This document shows, in pieces, positions 28,531 to 32,000 of a stretch of 32,000 nt of DNA; position 1 is the first letter of the stretch, and every line of letters starts with the position of its first letter. Below the pieces are notes generated by a model. It did not search any database. It was given only the letters and a program-made list of their open reading frames with translations, and had not been told where the DNA came from. Both the position numbers and the translations under genes were made by a program. This DNA comes from Xanthomonas campestris pv. campestris str. ATCC 33913 (lineage in GTDB: Bacteria; Pseudomonadota; Gammaproteobacteria; Xanthomonadales; Xanthomonadaceae), in the NCBI RefSeq assembly GCF_000007145.1, contig NC_003902.1, forward strand, positions 2,124,486 through 2,156,485, written 5' to 3'.

Positions 28531-29726
28531 CTACGTCGCCGTCTCTTTCTTTATGACGGGAGCCGCGCGCAGCCTTGTCATCGCTGGCAGGCCAAAAAGC
28601 GGCCGTAGCCAGCGCTGTCTGCGGATGACCTCGTAGCCCGCCAGGCACAGCGCGGCGGTCACGACGATCAGCGTCGCACTCTCGACCAGTTGCGGCAGTG
28701 CCAGTGGCTTCAGGGAATGCGCCAGGACCACGATGATGGTCTGATGCAGCACATAGACCGGAAACACGGCAGCGGTGAGATAACGCAAGGCGGCGCCGTC
28801 TGCATGACGGAAACGGTAGGCAAAGCCCAGGACGGCGGCGATCGCGCACCACTGGTCGACCGCCCACAGCACCCGCAAGAGCAGGCGCAGCGTGGTGGGC
28901 GCGGGATGCGCGTCATCGTAAATGCATAAATACAAGGTGTGGATCATCAACGCATAGCTGCAAACGGCCAGCAGCAGTGCCACCCAGCGCAGGCGTTGCA
29001 GCGACTCCCAGACGCTGGTCATTGGCGCAATCAGCACTCCGATCAGGAAGATTGGCAGGTACCGCGCGTGGTTGTACCAATCGTCGAATAGCCAATGGGT
29101 CTGCTCGAAGCGAGCCACCAGCAGCAGACGTGCCAGCGCCAGGAGCGTCACCGGTACCAGCAACACCCGCCAGCCCCGAACTTCCCGCGCGGTCCATGCG
29201 CGTATCCGCACCATCGCGTCGGCAGGAAGCAGACGCCAAAGGAACCAGGCCACCAGCGTGTAAGCCCACAGGTAAGGCAGGAACCACAGATGGTTCCAGG
29301 TCGGCAGGCGCAGACAGTCGCCGTCGGTGCCACAGAATCCTTGGTGGGGCTCAGATACTTTGCATAAAACGCCAGGTAGCCCTCGTGGTAGCCGCCGGGT
29401 CATTGTTCCACCACTTGATAATAGGACTGTGGCGGCACGATCACGGCCATGCCGAACAACAGCGGCAGCAGCAACTGGCGCGATCGTCGATATAGCAAGC
29501 CCTCCGGCCTGCTGCGCAGCATGAAGGCTGTGGCGACACCGGAAATCAGCAACAGCAGCGACATCCGCCACGGGCTACTGAGCAGCATGACCGGCTGCAG
29601 CATCAGCTGGGTGGTGGGACTTTTGACGTGCCAGTCCCAGGTCACGTAGTCCATGCCGACGTGGTAAAGCACCAGCAGGCCAAACGCGATGACGCGCAGC
29701 CAGTCCAGATCGTGACGCCTTTGCAT
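28531..29726 (-). pseudogene. disrupted paralogue of the adjacent OpgC-like acyltransferase (internal TGA plus a frameshift)
   Basis: The N-terminal piece (MQRRHDLDWLRVIAFGLLVLYHVGMDY...LLFGMAVIVPPQSYYQVVEQ*) stops at TGA (complement of 29400-29402). The same frame continues with the homologous-looking PGGYHEGYLAFYAKYLSP. The rest of the protein (HQGFCGTDGDCLRLPTWNHLWFLPYLW...VYVLHQTIIVV...) is in the -1 frame, with the junction at a C4 run (complement of 29346-29349). Both halves align with the neighbouring intact paralogue. Confidence 0.65.
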
Positions 29727-29866
29727 TGGCTGCCTCTGCCATCGCCGATAGGGGGCCAACTACATGGGGCGGCGCTGCAGGCGGCCAGCGGATAGGGGCG
29801 ACATCGCGAGATTCAGGGACGAACGGCGTCTGCAATGGGGGCGACCGGCCGAGCCAGCCCTAGAAT

Positions 29867-30784
29867 ATGGGGATGAGCACCGACCCCGCCCGCACGACCC
29901 TGGAGCGCTTTCTGCCGTGGCAGCGCAGCGCAGGCATGTTCTTCTGGCTACTGGTGGTGGTGGTCAACGCCAGCGGCAACGCGGTCACCGAGTTGATGGA
30001 TCGCCGGCGCGCCGGGCTGCCGATCCAAAGCTGGGAGCCCTGGGTCTGGGAGCTGTCCAGCGGCCTGGTCTGGCTGCTGATGCTCGTCCCCGTCATTGGC
30101 TGGTTCACGCGCAAGCTGCCGTTGCATCTGGATACCTGGTGGCGCCGGCTGCCCTGGTATCTGTTGGTCAGCGTGGCAGTCTCGGTGGTGCACGTCCTGA
30201 CGATGGTCGGGCTACGCATGCTGGCCTATCGGCTGCTGGGCGAGCATTACGATTTCGGCGCGTGGCCGCAGGAACTGGTCTACGAATATCTCAAGGACGT
30301 GCGCACCTTCGTGATCATCGTCGCGTGCATGCACGGCTACCGGTTTCTGTTGCGGCGCTTGCAGGGCGAAGTGCGGCTGCTGGCTGCGCCCGACGAAGGC
30401 GCGCCGGTGGAGTCGCTCGAGCGCCCCGGACGCTTTCTGGTGCGTAAGTTGGGGCGCGATTTCCTGGTCGCCGCCGCCGATATCGAATGGCTGCAGGCGT
30501 CCGGCAATTACGTCAATCTACATGTGCGCGGGCACGATTATCCGCTGCGCAGCACGATGACGGCGATCGAGGCGAAGCTCGATCCGGCCGTGTTCGTGCG
30601 GATCCATCGCAGCTACATCGTCAACCTGGGCTGCGTGGTTTCCATCGAGCCGCTGGACGCCGGCGAGGCGCGCGTGCACCTGTCCGGCAATGGCCCGCTG
30701 CCGTGCAGCCGCCGTTACCTGGCGTCGCTGCGGCGGGCCGCCGGCCATGCCGAGGCGCCAGCGGTGCCGGTTGTGCCGGGCTGA
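29867..30784 (+). CDS. membrane-anchored LytTR-family DNA-binding protein (one-component regulator)
   Basis: 305 aa. There are about 4 hydrophobic segments in the first 165 aa (FFWLLVVVVNA, LVWLLMLVPVIGWF, WYLLVSVAVSVVHVLTMVGL, FVIIVACMHGY). The C-terminal LytTR domain reads IEWLQASGNYVNLHVRGHDYPLRSTMTAIEAKLDPAVFVRIHRSYIVNL. There is no receiver domain. It is divergent from the broken acyltransferase gene. Confidence 0.8.
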   Translation: MGMSTDPARTTLERFLPWQRSAGMFFWLLVVVVNASGNAVTELMDRRRAGLPIQSWEPWVWELSSGLVWLLMLVPVIGWFTRKLPLHLDTWWRRLPWYLLVSVAVSVVHVLTMVGLRMLAYRLLGEHYDFGAWPQELVYEYLKDVRTFVIIVACMHGYRFLLRRLQGEVRLLAAPDEGAPVESLERPGRFLVRKLGRDFLVAAADIEWLQASGNYVNLHVRGHDYPLRSTMTAIEAKLDPAVFVRIHRSYIVNLGCVVSIEPLDAGEARVHLSGNGPLPCSRRYLASLRRAAGHAEAPAVPVVPG

Positions 30785-30857
30785 ACTGGATGGCCACCGC
30801 GTTCCGCCGTCGCCGCCCGCTTGCTAAACTACCGGGCTTGTTTGCCGGAAGTCCGTC

Positions 30858-31983
<1,126 letters not shown>

Positions 31984-32000
31984 GTGCCGGGGTGCGCCGG

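Noticed and set aside
29400-29402. In-frame TGA in the acyltransferase paralogue considered as selenocysteine or programmed read-through
   Set aside because: No SECIS-like hairpin is evident immediately downstream. The intact paralogue has no Cys/Sec-type residue at this point in my by-eye alignment. A separate frameshift lies 50 nt further on. Pseudogenisation is the simpler explanation.

Overview
This is a high-GC chromosomal segment that is almost entirely coding, with about 29 protein genes. I recognise no rRNA, tRNA, CRISPR array, transposase, integrase or phage genes. The gene order (dapB, then carA-orf-carB-greA-rpfE-recJ, then prfB with its +1 frameshift site at the right edge) resembles the conserved flank of the rpf region of a Xanthomonas-type gammaproteobacterium. 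That assignment is inferred from recognised protein sequences, not from a search.

Genes from left to right:
- a partial APC amino-acid permease, absent from the supplied ORF track because it runs off the window
- a NUDIX hydrolase and a small ORF
- serA, divergent from a GlcD/D-2-hydroxyglutarate-dehydrogenase-like FAD oxidase
- a translationally coupled DUF2388-like/DUF4105-like exported pair
- a lipoprotein gene and an EF-P paralogue (EfpL/YeiP type)
- a short acyl-CoA catabolic block (SDR, HMG-CoA lyase, enoyl-CoA hydratase)
- feoA, feoB and a Cys-rich peptide gene
- an NTF2-like membrane protein
- an aminotransferase-MOSC pair
- dapB and the car/greA/rpfE/recJ string
- a less conserved-looking islet: a DUF1176-like six-Cys secreted protein, two tandem OpgC-type acyltransferase paralogues (one disrupted) and a membrane-anchored LytTR regulator
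- prfB

Most long track ORFs that lie antisense to or out of frame with these genes are GC-driven shadow ORFs. I do not see a convincing new multi-gene system such as defence, secretion or toxin-antitoxin. Four observations are most worth a second look: two copies of a palindromic GGGAWTC-heptamer element that exactly fill intergenic gaps, the DUF2388/DUF4105 pair, the exported-protein gene embedded between carA and carB, and the recJ-prfB islet.
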